64,000 bases of DNA from Octopus sinensis (lineage: Eukaryota). The number at the start of each line of letters is the position of its first letter. Positions within the stretch are counted from its first letter, which is position 1. The DNA is taken from contig NC_043001.1 in NCBI RefSeq assembly GCF_006345805.1, positions 85,002,001 to 85,066,000 on the forward strand, in the 5' to 3' direction. Position numbers and translations under genes: made by a program. Positions 52,101-64,000 of this stretch are shown in pieces. Below the pieces are notes generated by a model that was not told the DNA's origin, did not search any database, and saw only the letters and a list, made by a program, of their open reading frames with translations.

Positions 52101-53321
52101 TAGATTGATTGGCCTTGAACCTCCATCATAGAGGCACCCTTGACTAAGTTGTCTTCACATTCCAGAGATGTCCGTCAAGCCCACAAGATGAATCATCTGT
52201 ATTCAGTCAATGTACCTTCAATGTATTTTCATGAATATTTGTCATGAAACACATATGAGCATGCATCACTATGCTCCTAATTCTATGGGAACTGGACTAA
52301 TGCGAACACGTGATTAATTGAACTTATATATCCTGAAAATGGTTGGCAATGAAATTGGAAAACTTGTTTATCTTTCAATGACTGAAACCGCTCGCAATGC
52401 TAATATCCAAAATCTAGTCTTCTTTCTCCAAACCACTGTTCGATTAATGATTATAAGAACACATTTTTAAAAGCTGAGTGTCGTTCAACAGATACTGTTA
52501 TCACAACGCATGTCTAAATGCGAATCGTTGTTGATAAAAAATTAAATATTTTCACCAAATAGAGGTTATTTGCTCACAGTAAGACAAAATTGTGCAACCT
52601 TAGTTTGGTTTCGCATTCTTAGGAATAAACCAAAGTCGTTCAGTCATTATCTACATGGATGCGTACGTACGTTTGAGGCATTGACGTTTAAATCTACCAG
52701 GAGCATTTGCATTCTGAAAGGTTTGTGATCAAAAAGTTGGCATTGGTTCTAAAAAGTATCCTCTTTATTTTGTTCCAGAGATGCCATGTTCCATGATGCC
52801 AATGCTGGAGATCGACAACAGACATCAAATACCCCAGAGTATGGCTATTGCTAGGTACCTAGCCAGAGAATTTGGTAAGTACATACGAAGTATATATTTG
52901 ATTTTAAATAAATATTGAATATGTCATAATAAACAGCACGGGAACAGCTGTAACTAGAAATAGTAAGTTATATATCTTTCAATATCATGTTCTTACCCAC
53001 TTCTCAAAAATGATACTAATATTACAGCGTAGAAAATATATATTCAGATAATATATGATGTAAGATAATTTATTTGAAAATTATATAAATGTACATTTAT
53101 TTGTGTGTGTGTGTGTGTGTGTGTGCGCGTGTGTGCTTGTATGTGTGCATTTGTATTCGTGTGTGTATGTGTGGGTGTACGTGTGTGCGTTGTTTGAAGG
53201 ACATGTGGCTAATAAGCTTTGGTTTCGGAACAGCCACCATGAAAGGCTTATTTGTGTTGTATTAATGTTTAAAAGTGAGTTTGAAATAGAATATAGGGTT
53301 CATATATATATATACATACAT

Positions 53322-53370
<49 letters not shown>

Positions 53371-54615
53371 AACCACATGGCTACACCAGAAGTTTAAATA
53401 CCATAATAGTAATAATAGTACTTAGATTAAGCACCCAAAATATTTTCTATGAATCAGAGACCAATAAATGAGCGTGCATTCCAAAATGTATTGGTTGTTT
53501 CTGCTATATCCTGCTCACCTAACAGAAAACAAATCTATTCCGGTGCATTATATTAAAAAAACTTATCAAAATATTTTAAAATGGAGTTTAAAGACTTTCT
53601 GGTGTTAAATAGAAATGTATACAACGGAAAATGTTTAAGACATTATTTCTTTATTCATTTAGTTAAGCGAAGCTTTTGAAAACTTGAATTTAAGATTATA
53701 ATCTCTATATTACCCATTTTCAAAATACAATTTATTTATATCTCTCGGTGCAAATCTCTATTCGGAATAAAATTATCAAATGTAGCTTACCGTAATAATG
53801 CAAGTAGTGAACGAATTTGAATGAAATTTGTTTGCTCTCTTTTTAGCAAATTAAGCAACCAGTTGAGTGTCTTTTGTAGGCTCAAATCAAAGCAATTTTC
53901 TTTTTTTTTTTCTTTTTGAATAGACAAAGTGCCACTCTAAATAAACGCTGAACAAAATTTCAATGCCTGTCAAGGCAGTCATGTTTGAAATCACAGGATT
54001 TTGACGCAGACTTTAATTATATTTTGTGACAGTATACTGATTGGAAGCCACTCTAACAAATAGACGTGTCGATAATGTAAATTCCGCATGCCGATTACTT
54101 GCAGTCATAAATACAGTACATGATGTTATACCTAGTGGTAGTTAAGAAAATAAATTGAAATTGCTTATATGAGAGTTAATAGAAAGCAGTTCGTTATATA
54201 AGCCGTAGCGGAAAGATATCCTTTGTTGAATAAAAATTCTTAATAGCAATATTAGACTTTAAATATTAGAAACAATTAATATTTATAATGTTAGACAGAA
54301 AAAATATATTAGTCACTTAATATAGCAGTTATGGAGCAGAATCAGTTATTTATAACATCATAGAATTTTTAGCGTCTTTCTATCAGCGTCTATTTTGATT
54401 TTACTTTTTACCAGTTCGTTTTCAAACCCATCGTCTCAAAGTAACATTTTTTAAATATTTGTACAGATGCATACATACATATGATCATATATATATATAT
54501 GTCTGTGTGTGTATTTATGTATGTATGTATGTATGTATGTATGTATGTATGTATGTATGTATGTATGTATGTATGTATGTATGTATGTATATATATATGT
54601 ATATATATATATATG

Positions 54616-54664
<49 letters not shown>

Positions 54665-56532
54665 TATATATACATATATATGCGCGATGTGTGTGTATGT
54701 GTGATGCGTATGTATGTGTGTGTGTGTGTATGTGTATATAAAGGCTTGTGGACAAGCGGTTAGTATGTTGCAATCATGATCTTAACTATGTGGTTTCGAC
54801 TCCCAGACTGGTATTTAATTTTCTTTTGAGCAAAACACTTCATTTCATGCCTCTCCAACCCACTTAACCGTAATCTTGGGAAGGGGCTTGCTGGCCTGTG
54901 TACCCAGCCATTTGTTACGGTATCAATCGAAAGGTAAAACAATGCGAAGAAGCGCACTGTGACCAGTGGTGTATAACAATGTTGGATATTCTGGTCGATA
55001 AATTGATATTTATATATACATACATACATGCATGCATACACGCGAAGCACACACACACACATATATGCATGTGTGTGTGTGTTTATGTGTGTATGTGTGG
55101 TGTGTGTGTATGTGTATGAAATGTACTACTATAAAATGCTAGTCATACCAATATTAATATCCGGTTTTACCACATTTCCAAAGATACATTTGTCACTAAA
55201 TAGACTTCCTTTTAGTTTTCTTAAACTTGACAATTGAAATTTAAGACTTCATCGATTGAATTCCACAAAACTTGAGTTCTACATATATTTATGTAACATA
55301 CTACAAATTGATATCTCCGTTTCATTTCGCGTAGGTTTCCATGGTAAGAGCAATATTGAGATGGCCAGAATCGACTTCATTTCAGACTGTTTCTATGATA
55401 TTCTGGATGACTATATGAGGGTGTACCAAGATGGTAACTGTAGAATGATGGTATGTATGCTTTATTTATCAGTTGATATTAGAAACAAAAACAAAGAGAA
55501 AGATTACTATATAATATTATTTATTCTATTATATACTCCAGTGCAACCTGTTCCGTGGTCGGGTCGTCGGCGACTAAACTGGTAACCCCACTAGACCTGC
55601 TTGGTGAAGTGGGTGCTTGTTGAACACCTTGCGGGACAAACATAAGAGCCGTCAAAGGGTTGAGGAACTGCAACTATCAGTTCACAAATACAGTACAATC
55701 TACATTTACAGGACCCAAAGTCACTACAATCTCAGAGTCACAGGCAGTGAAAGATATAAGCAAGATGCCAACAAAGGGCAGACAACTGGCAGGATAGATA
55801 CTGAGGTCCTTCAAGACAAGAGACCAAGAAACTATGTTGACATTGTGAAGAACCTTTGTTCTCAACCGCCTGGACTAATGCTCCCAGTTATCGTCACCAC
55901 ATAGTGCAAAACTAACAGCGGAGCTTGAAGCAGTTCAACGCCATTACATTAAAAAGGTTGAAGCAGTACAGCGGGTGAGCTACAGAGATAGGCTGAGAAA
56001 ACTGCAGCTTTACTCCCTGGAGCGAAGGCGTGAGAAATATGTAATAATATACGTATAGAAAATCTTAGAAGGGCTAGTAACTAACTTTGGTATTGTGTGT
56101 TATACAAATGCCAGAACTGGCCGCCCTTGTATTGTGCCAAAGGTACCATCCACCCCATCTAAATTCAGGACCAGATATTGCAGTAGTCCAGGGCAAAAAC
56201 CTACAACTATTCAATGCGCTGCCACAAAACAGAAATTTGCATTAGGTGGAAGTAGATGCCTTCAAAAAGGAACTTAGATATCCTCCTCTCCACAATACTG
56301 GGTGAACCAACATGAGGTAAAGACGAGGGCAGCGGAATCAAACTCCATTATAAACCAACTGTGCCAACAGCTGCGACGAAGGCACATACAGGAGTAGTGA
56401 TGTGAAACACCTAAACTGAGGAAGTCAGAAAGACCAGCAAGACCACGGCCGCATGGCTGAAACGAGTAAAAGAATAAAAGACTATATATATTATATATGC
56501 TTATATATGTATATATGTATATACATATATAC

Positions 56533-56598
<66 letters not shown>

Positions 56599-57051
56599 AT
56601 ACATATATACATATATACATATACATATATAAACATACAATATATATATATCTGTGTACGTGTGTCCTTGTTTCTACCCCCACCATCGTCTGACAACCGA
56701 TGATGCTGTGTTTACGTCTCCGCAACTTAGTAGTTTGCCAAAACACTCCGATAGAATAAGTACTAGGCTTACAAAGAATAAATCATGGGGTCTATTTCTT
56801 CGACTAAAGAGGGTGCTCCAGCATGTCTTCAGTCACATGCCCGAAATAAGTAAAACAATACAAAACTATGCCATTTCAATACCAAGCAACGCCGGGTATC
56901 TATGGTAGTATAATCCCTTGTTGATCAAATGCCAAGTATCAGAGGTGGATTCACATATTAGTGTAGCTCATTCAGCGATGGTGCCCCAGCATGGCAGCGG
57001 CCTTCGGGCTAAAACATTTTTAAGGATTTAAGGATTTTATATATATATATA

Positions 57052-57082
<31 letters not shown>

Positions 57083-57112
57083 TACCAGATAATAAGTATA
57101 TATATATGTATA

Positions 57113-57159
<47 letters not shown>

Positions 57160-57160
57160 T

Positions 57161-57237
<77 letters not shown>

Positions 57238-58389
57238 TATATATATATATCTTCTGGCTATCCGCAATATTTTAAAAGTGAGAAAATAGGAATTTTTATG
57301 GAGTTGTAATAATCTAATATGCAGGAAGAAATATTTACCCTTGTTATTCCATGGCTTCGCTTCCTGACTAAATGAAAATGGTTTATTCCTCAAAGCTGCA
57401 TTGCAAGTTTTCCATTAGTATTATATATTTAGAACACACGAATGCACTTTAGTGTGTGCGATTTCGTTTGATCCATAGAATACTCCGAAACGGACAGTTA
57501 CGTGGATTTGTATTTACGTCTGAAAATGAGAACGTTTCTGCCATATAGCGAGTCGTAGACACATTACCATCTGAGCGCTCGTTTTTCCGTCTTCCAGTGA
57601 TATAGTCATTCGAAATAGGATTCACTTAAGCCTACTGGCAGATTCAAGTGTGAAAGAATCCAAAGTGAAATACCTCCGATTCATATGAGCAACTTAATAC
57701 TAAGTAAATTTATACCTTAACAAGATGGTGTACTAGACAAGGTTTTCGAGGAAATGCTAGTATCATATCTTGTGCTTCCTTCCACAGAACTTGACCCATA
57801 GATTAATAAAACGACGATCAATAGACCACTAAATTCTCATTATCGACAGAATACTTAACTATAGCTAGTGTAGTCTGCCATGGTGTAAATATGTACAAGA
57901 TTGTCATTATTGTTTTAACGTTTTCTATTTTCTTTATTTCTTTGTGTTTTCTCGTATCTGATGGAACACACATCACTGCGACTTTATTATATATATTTAA
58001 TAACAGTTCAGTTTTGTAAAAACGTAGAATACAAGAAGACACTGAAAAGAGAAGAAAATCAACAACTGAAAACATGACAAGATATGCGTTAGGAAAAAAA
58101 ATAGAAGAAATGAAATTTCATAAAACGAAAAGCAAAATGAGTTCGCATCCAATGACAAAAAGAATAGAACACCAAACGATATATTGTCAAGTATGTGACA
58201 TACAAATTTTTATGGATAACACCATACAAAAATAAATGTATATAAGGACACAGGAAAAATGTGTCAAAGCCATCAGGAGGCGTCGATGCTTCCTAGGGCT
58301 AAACAGCGGTGGTGTACCCCCTACTGTCACGTTCGTGTTAAATTGACAGTATACAACCATTCTATATATATATATTATATATATATAAT

Positions 58390-58431
<42 letters not shown>

Positions 58432-58506
58432 ATATAAATATACACATATATGATATTATATTACGGCGTGCTGCGATGCTTTTTTAACCAAAAAAAAAAA
58501 ACGTGG

Positions 58507-58596
<90 letters not shown>

Positions 58597-60579
58597 TTAT
58601 GTAGACATGTCTGTATATATGTATGTATGTATGTATGTATATACATAAACACACACATATGCATTTTACTGCGGATATTCGATCACATTTTTGTTTTTAT
58701 TATAGTTTCAGAGATCTGGAGACAGAAATGGTTCAGTAAGTTACACTTTTCTTTCATTCTTTCGTTCTTCCTTCCTTCCCGGTCTCTTTCTTAGTAGTTA
58801 ATAAAAATCTGTATCGAAACGATAAAATCACTAAAGAGAGTAACATGACTACAGATTTGAATATCTTATGAAATGCAGGGTTGCAAAGTTTATTTCAGCT
58901 TTCTACGACCGGTAATAAAATACCAGCAATTACCATTAACACACTATGAATTTTACTCTTAAATATGTAGAGGTTTAATTAAGACAATAATTCAATAACA
59001 TATTATTATAATCCCATTACAATTAATCATAAATATGACGTAAATATGACATGCATCATTACATATTACAGTCGGAAAAACGTATGAGATATCAAGAGAC
59101 TCTGCGAAGAATATTACCATTTATGGAACGCACCTTGGAAATGTACAAGAGTGGTAGCCAATTCTTTATGGGAGACCAGGTATGAATTTATCTTTCTTCT
59201 ATTCTATTATATGTAAAATACGATACAATCTAATAACTAATACGATCACACCATGAGTCCTACTCTAAGTAATGTCAGCTATATCAGCAAAAAGTTTGCA
59301 TTTACGTATAACTAACTTTTGGGAGACGTTGTATGATTTTGTAATTCTCATATTTTTCGTTATATTATTTACAACATACCACGTGGTATTATGTCTTTAT
59401 CCTACCTGCTGTAATACTTGAGAGAAACTACGCTTACGATAGTGTATCTTTTCAATACTGAGATATTTGCCCTTAATCCGGTCATTGTACTACTGTCTCA
59501 CTGATTAACGCAGTTGGTATTACATCCCAAAGCAATATTAATGCGTTTCCCTCAAATATGCATGTATGTATGAAAGTATGTGTGCATGCATGTATGTATT
59601 CATAATTCTGTTAGTTCTTGTATTTGTTTATCCCTACTTTCGTTTTTGCAGTATAATTCTCGTACCCTTAAGCACATCTTTATTTTATAGTCTATTATCC
59701 TCATGGACAAATAGCTGTGTATGTGAAGAAGCAGATAAATAGCAAAGCTGTTACCATGCGTTATATTTCATTTATGTTTATTTGGAAATATGAATGTTGC
59801 TGAGCTTCATATCCGCCAAGCTTACAATGGACGTTTTTAAAAGAAACTTTTTACTTATTCATATCCACCTACATGAAAGCTTCCTACGAAGTTATCGCAT
59901 TTAAGTGTTAGGCAAATTCTCTCACTGATACACGTTGCGTAAACTGAACTGCACACTATTTTCTCTTTCTCTCTGCCATACTGCTTTTACGTGAGCCCTG
60001 TGAGACATATTCTTCTTACAATACACAATCGTATTCAATTGAAATTATATTTAATTCTTCTTAAATGTCCACACGCGGGCTAGGCGTCCCGCACAAAACA
60101 TGTATTGAAATAAAACATATTCAGCTTAAAACAGTATCTTTGCTCATTTACACCATTTATATACTGCCACGTTTTTACCAGATCAATCTATAATTTGTAA
60201 TTGACAGATGAACTGAATTAATATTCATTTTACATCTACTTTACTAACCGTAACAATTGTGCTTAGATCCTGTAGGTTCCACTGAACATTTCTTTTAAAA
60301 AAGCTTTTACTGTCATGAAACTATGCGGACTCATGAAACAGAATTAGAAATAAATGGTGAATTCAAAGCTAATCATTCATTATTCATTTATGCTTGCCGT
60401 TTTTCTTTTTTCAGATGACCATGGCTGATATGATGTGTTATTGTGCCCTTGAGAACCCACTAATGGAAGATCCCTCTATCCTTAGTAGTTATCCCAAAAT
60501 GCAGGCTCTTAGAAATCGCGTGATGAGCCATCTTAAAATGTCTCCCTATCTGAAGAAACGTTCCAGCACCGAATTCTAA
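47644..60579 (+). CDS. S-crystallin (sigma-class glutathione S-transferase-derived lens crystallin), 6 coding exons, 215 aa
   Basis: Six GT-AG exons (133+96+116+30+108+165 = 648 nt) splice into one open frame: [215 protein letters not shown]. This is a recognisable Met-rich octopus S-crystallin. The family member cannot be assigned by eye. Confidence 0.96.
49146..50880 (-). mobile_element. CR1-clade LINE, 5'-truncated, in S-crystallin intron 1 (antisense)
   Basis: Peptides [65 protein letters not shown]. 3' tail ggcagtgcaccagcatggccgcagctctgagctgaaa. Confidence 0.9.
51318..51640 (-). mobile_element. tRNA-derived octopus SINE, family 1 (intron 1)
   Basis: Homologous to the other family 1 copies. 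Confidence 0.85.
51655..51772 (-). pseudogene. 5S rRNA-like copy (probable pseudogene), intron 1, antisense
   Basis: Minus strand gctcatggccatattacgttgaaaacaccggttctagtccggttagcgaagttaagcaacgttgagcctagtgagtacttagatgggtgaccgcttgagaaacctcagtgctgtaa. Full-length 5S layout with many substitutions, and solitary rather than arrayed. Confidence 0.82.
52779..52874 (+). CDS. S-crystallin coding exon 2
   Basis: Acceptor ttttgttccag. Encodes (K)[31 protein letters not shown](G). Donor GTAAGT at 52875. Confidence 0.96.
55335..55450 (+). CDS. S-crystallin coding exon 3
   Basis: Acceptor ttcatttcgcgtag. Encodes (G)[38 protein letters not shown]. Donor GTATGT at 55451. Confidence 0.95.
55690..56480 (+). 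mobile_element. CR1-clade LINE 3' fragment in intron 3 (sense)
   Basis: Peptides [12 protein letters not shown]...FVLNRLD*CSQL...[13 protein letters not shown]. Same family as 49146..50880. Ends ggctgaaacgagtaaaagaataaaag. Confidence 0.85.
56650..57035 (+). mobile_element. SINE family 1 3' half (56650..56850), degenerate Helitron 3' end (about 56880..56910) and short CR1 3' tail (56905..57035)
   Basis: Each matches copies elsewhere in the window. Confidence 0.6.
58235..58345 (+). repeat. Partial second copy of the 364-nt retrozyme-like family (intron 3)
   Basis: Matches about 27262..27390 (gtatataaggacacagg...gacagtatacaaccattctat). Lacks the hammerhead segment. Confidence 0.8.
58706..58735 (+). 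CDS. S-crystallin coding exon 4 (30-nt microexon, alpha4-alpha5 loop insert)
   Basis: Acceptor ttgtttttattatag. Encodes [10 protein letters not shown]. Donor GTAAGT at 58736. Phase 0-0. Supplies the FQRS loop known in octopus S-crystallins. Confidence 0.88.
59072..59179 (+). CDS. S-crystallin coding exon 5
   Basis: Acceptor catattacag. Encodes [36 protein letters not shown]. Donor GTATGA at 59180. Confidence 0.95.
60415..60579 (+). CDS. S-crystallin coding exon 6 (terminal)
   Basis: Acceptor ttttcttttttcag. Encodes [54 protein letters not shown], followed by TAA. Confidence 0.96.
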   Translation: MTMADMMCYCALENPLMEDPSILSSYPKMQALRNRVMSHLKMSPYLKKRSSTEF

Positions 60580-60718
60580 GAGAAAATAAATAGCAAACTA
60601 TAACTGATGATGGATATTCCCAACACAATGAGATTGACCGAATGAACATCCAACAAATGTTAATTGACCAAAGAAGTAACAAAATATGAATAACAAATCC
60701 AACACGACAACCGAACCA

Positions 60719-60760
60719 AATAAAATGAAAGTATCTTCATGAATTTTGTTTGTTTTAATT
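60719..60760 (+). terminator. Polyadenylation signal of S-crystallin
   Basis: AATAAA at 60719..60724 followed about 20 nt later by a GT/T-rich tract (ttttgtttgtttt). Another AATAAA lies at 60585..60590 just after the stop codon. Confidence 0.6.
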
Positions 60761-61324
60761 TATCGTTTTAATATTTCCAAGAAAGAAAAAGAGAAGAAAG
60801 AAAAATAAGAGTAAACGTTATCGAGAACTCCGAAAATAATATAATTTCCAGAATATCAAGTTTTGAAATCTTTGTTCACCAATGTCTGATCTTTTTTTTG
60901 CAACATTTGCCGCAAATAGTTTTGAAAAATAATATAAAATATTTGAAATATATTTGTTGTTTTGTTCTTTGTTGCATTTTAGTAGTTTTGTTGAAATAAA
61001 TTAAATACATTTGAGATGAGATCAGTGAGTTAATCAACAGGTTGTGTTCATTTTATATTTCTTCTGTGAACTCTATCAGTCTTATTTCTTAAACCAGTTA
61101 TCCTTTGAAATACTAAATAATTCAAGTGCATCATTTATACGACTCCTAATCTTGTTGACACAAGGCCGCATAATTACCATGAAAGTACCATCGGTTTATA
61201 TTGACCTGAGTACTTGACATGTATACTGCATAATCCGCCCTCACTGCTCCTCAGAAGGATCACAGGTAAAAAATTTCTTCAGTTGTGAACTCCAAATATT
61301 AATGTATTATAAAATATCAATGCA

Positions 61325-61540
61325 GCGTGCTGGCAGAAACGTTAGCACGCCAGATAAAATGCTTCGTGGTATTTCGTGGGCCTTTACGTTCTGAGTTCAA
61401 ATTCCGCCGAAGTTGAACTTACCTTTCGTACTCAATGAAATAAGTACCAGTTATCCACTGGGGTCGATGTAATCCACTTATTCCCACCCACCCGCACACA
61501 CAAAATTGCTGGCCTTGTACAAAAATTCGAAATCAACATA
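61325..61540 (+). mobile_element. tRNA-derived octopus SINE, family 2
   Basis: tggcagaaacgttagcacgcc...gttctgagttcaaattccgccg...aataagtaccag...ggggtcgatgtaat. Confidence 0.8.
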
Positions 61541-62219
61541 TTATAAAATACCGCAGGATTAGTTCGATGCTTTCACGATAATAATATTAATTATTGACAG
61601 ATAACATCTATTTATTGATTCCGTCACTCCAAGTATTGAATATACATGGAGCATTAAAGAATAGAAATATGAATGTGGTACGAAAAGTCTATATACTAAA
61701 ATACCTTTCTACCTATGCACTTGCTTTTTGTGTAATGCTCATGAACATCTATTCGAAAAAATAATTACTAAAACGTGTATATCTATATAAACGCAACGGT
61801 ATTCATAAATTTAGATTTAACATTTAGGCGTGAAAATACAATTTTTTTCATAGATGTAATAAATAATTTATATGTGGCAATAAGTAAGAGGATTTACGGT
61901 TAAATAATATTTTAAAATTATTACTGGAAAAATAGTTTTTCATTAATTACCTCCCTATGTGTATGTTAAATTTCCAGCTACAAGTGACAGAAATAAATAT
62001 CAAACAGTTTTAAATGACTGACCTCTTATGCTAAAAAGGACTACACGTTTGGAATTGGCAGTATTAATTCAATAAGTTGTTTTTATTTACTTATATTCAC
62101 AAGCAAAATTTGTGGAAATTTCACGAGAACTGCTGCTAACATAAATATTATTATTGCCTTTAGAGTATCGAAAAAATATCCCTTCTCATATTTAAAGAAG
62201 GAATATAATCGTTTCTAAT

Positions 62220-62410
62220 ATACAGATGAGTAGAAATTATTAGGGAAAGGGATTTACCGATGCCATCGACTCCAGAACCTGGCTGGCACTTTATGCTGTC
62301 GACCCTCAAAGGGATGAAAAGTAACGATGGCATTGGCCAGGGTTGAACTCTGAACGTGAAAGCGGGAAGAAATGCTACGAAGTATTTTGTCCAATTCTCA
62401 AACGATTCTT
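62220..62410 (-). mobile_element. Octopus SINE family 2, diverged
   Basis: Reverse complement similar to the 36817 and 61325 copies. Confidence 0.55.
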
Positions 62411-64000
62411 CCCTTCGCCGCCTTATTAAAGAAATACATATAGGTTTGTACATGTAGGTTTGTACAATGAGATAATTAAGATATACTAAAGGTGAAGGCT
62501 GCTCAAACTACGCACCAAAGTTTAGTAGAGAAACTGTTTTTTTCTAAAGATGCATTAATCTGCAAAGATTCTCTTCTCCTAGAAAACCACATTTGTTTTG
62601 TGCGAAAATGCGACTTACGTATCGGAAAATACAGTATTTTCCGAATAAACATGATGGATTGATTGAAAGAAATTCTGCTTTGGTACAAACTTCTATCTAT
62701 GCTTCATATATAATATCAGCAGAACAAAAATTTTGAATTATATGCTAAATAATACAAACGATACATCAGATACATAAGTCAAAGTCCCAAAATATCTGGA
62801 GTGATGTAGCTTTGGGTAAAATACAAACTTTCGTTCGGAACTACATTTAGTAGTTCACTATATCCTCTCAATAATCGAGAAGTTCGCTTCACAACCAAAA
62901 GGGGCCAAGTATTTATCACTTTCCGCTGAGTCGATCTGAGAATCTCATTAATTGTACACTTCTCTACGGAATAGCTAGTCACTTAAACGTTAACTCAAGG
63001 GCAGGTAATTCATTCTCTCGGAAATTCAACCCTCTTCGTCGAATGAAGTAGATTTTCCCGACTATAATCCAGTACTTGTTTAATCTAAACAGACCAAAGC
63101 GAAGTGACTTCTTCATTGCGCCATAGATTATTGCTACTATCAGGATACGAACAGCGAAAACATTGACAGCTCAGCACACAGGCGATCTATAGTTTTGAGT
63201 AGTTTTAAGCTATACACCTCTCCAACAATTCTGTGACAAACTCAAAGTGTTATATTAAGAAAATTTCCTACCAAGTTTCTTTAGTATACCAATTAAACTG
63301 GTAAATTATTAAATATTACCTGAGGACAGGCGTTAATGACTTCCATGGAGAAGATTTCGCTTCTTATCTCATTGTGTTGCTGCCTGTGTTTTGTTCCGTT
63401 TCCGGGCAGTTATCTAATTGTTCAGCCATCTTCTAGCTGTCAAGATTACGCTCCAAAGTTTCAGGGAAAGATCAAGAGGTTTGAATACCTATTGGCAGAT
63501 ATTTTCTGAACACGAAAATTCAACCAATTCTTATTATCGTAGAAATACACGAAATGAATAATTATCCAAATGTTTTCATCAGATTGAATAGAATGCACAC
63601 ACACACACAATCACACACACATACATATACATACACACATACGCACACATACACACACATACACACAAACAATCATAAAGAGAGAGAAACATCTGCACAC
63701 GCAGAGTCATATATGCACACAGAGAGACACTCACAAAGACATACATACACAGAGACAAACATCCACGCGCACATACACATACTCACACACACAAACACAA
63801 ATACTCACACACAAACCTGTATACACTACGTTCTCTCTAACCTCTCCACACACATTTTGCTATAGATACGTCATTACTCTACAATGAATTCCACAGCGGA
63901 TATCCATACAAGGTTCGCTATCTAATCGCATTCAACAGCCAATGAATATTATTGTTTACCAGAACAGGTATGCTGTCGTTGACTTCGCCAGTTATGATCG

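Overview
AT-rich, microsatellite- and transposon-dense eukaryotic DNA. It is almost certainly octopod cephalopod (Octopus sp.), judged from the S-crystallin gene and the tRNA-derived SINE families. One intact protein-coding gene is supported: a six-exon S-crystallin (sigma-class GST-derived lens protein, 215 aa) on the + strand, join(47644..47776,52779..52874,55335..55450,58706..58735,59072..59179,60415..60579), with a TATA box, Inr and poly(A) signal. Upstream, on the same strand, are two degraded S-crystallin-like exons (9851..9986 and 25876..26037) from at least one dead paralogue. The rest is mobile DNA: Tx1-, R4/Dong-, CR1- and RTE-type LINEs, Penelope-like fragments, maT, rosa-like and mariner transposons, a Helitron, MITEs, several SINE families and a 5S rRNA-like copy. 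Most ORFs in the supplied track are microsatellite artefacts. The most striking unannotated signal is a set of minimal type I hammerhead ribozyme motifs in at least four unrelated short elements. Two of these are partial tandem repeats of 364-nt and 514-nt monomers (retrozyme-like), and they sit beside Penelope-like RT/GIY-YIG relics. The window also contains an RTE LINE with a twin-priming-type 5' inversion. All calls were made by eye without database searches, and repeat boundaries are approximate.
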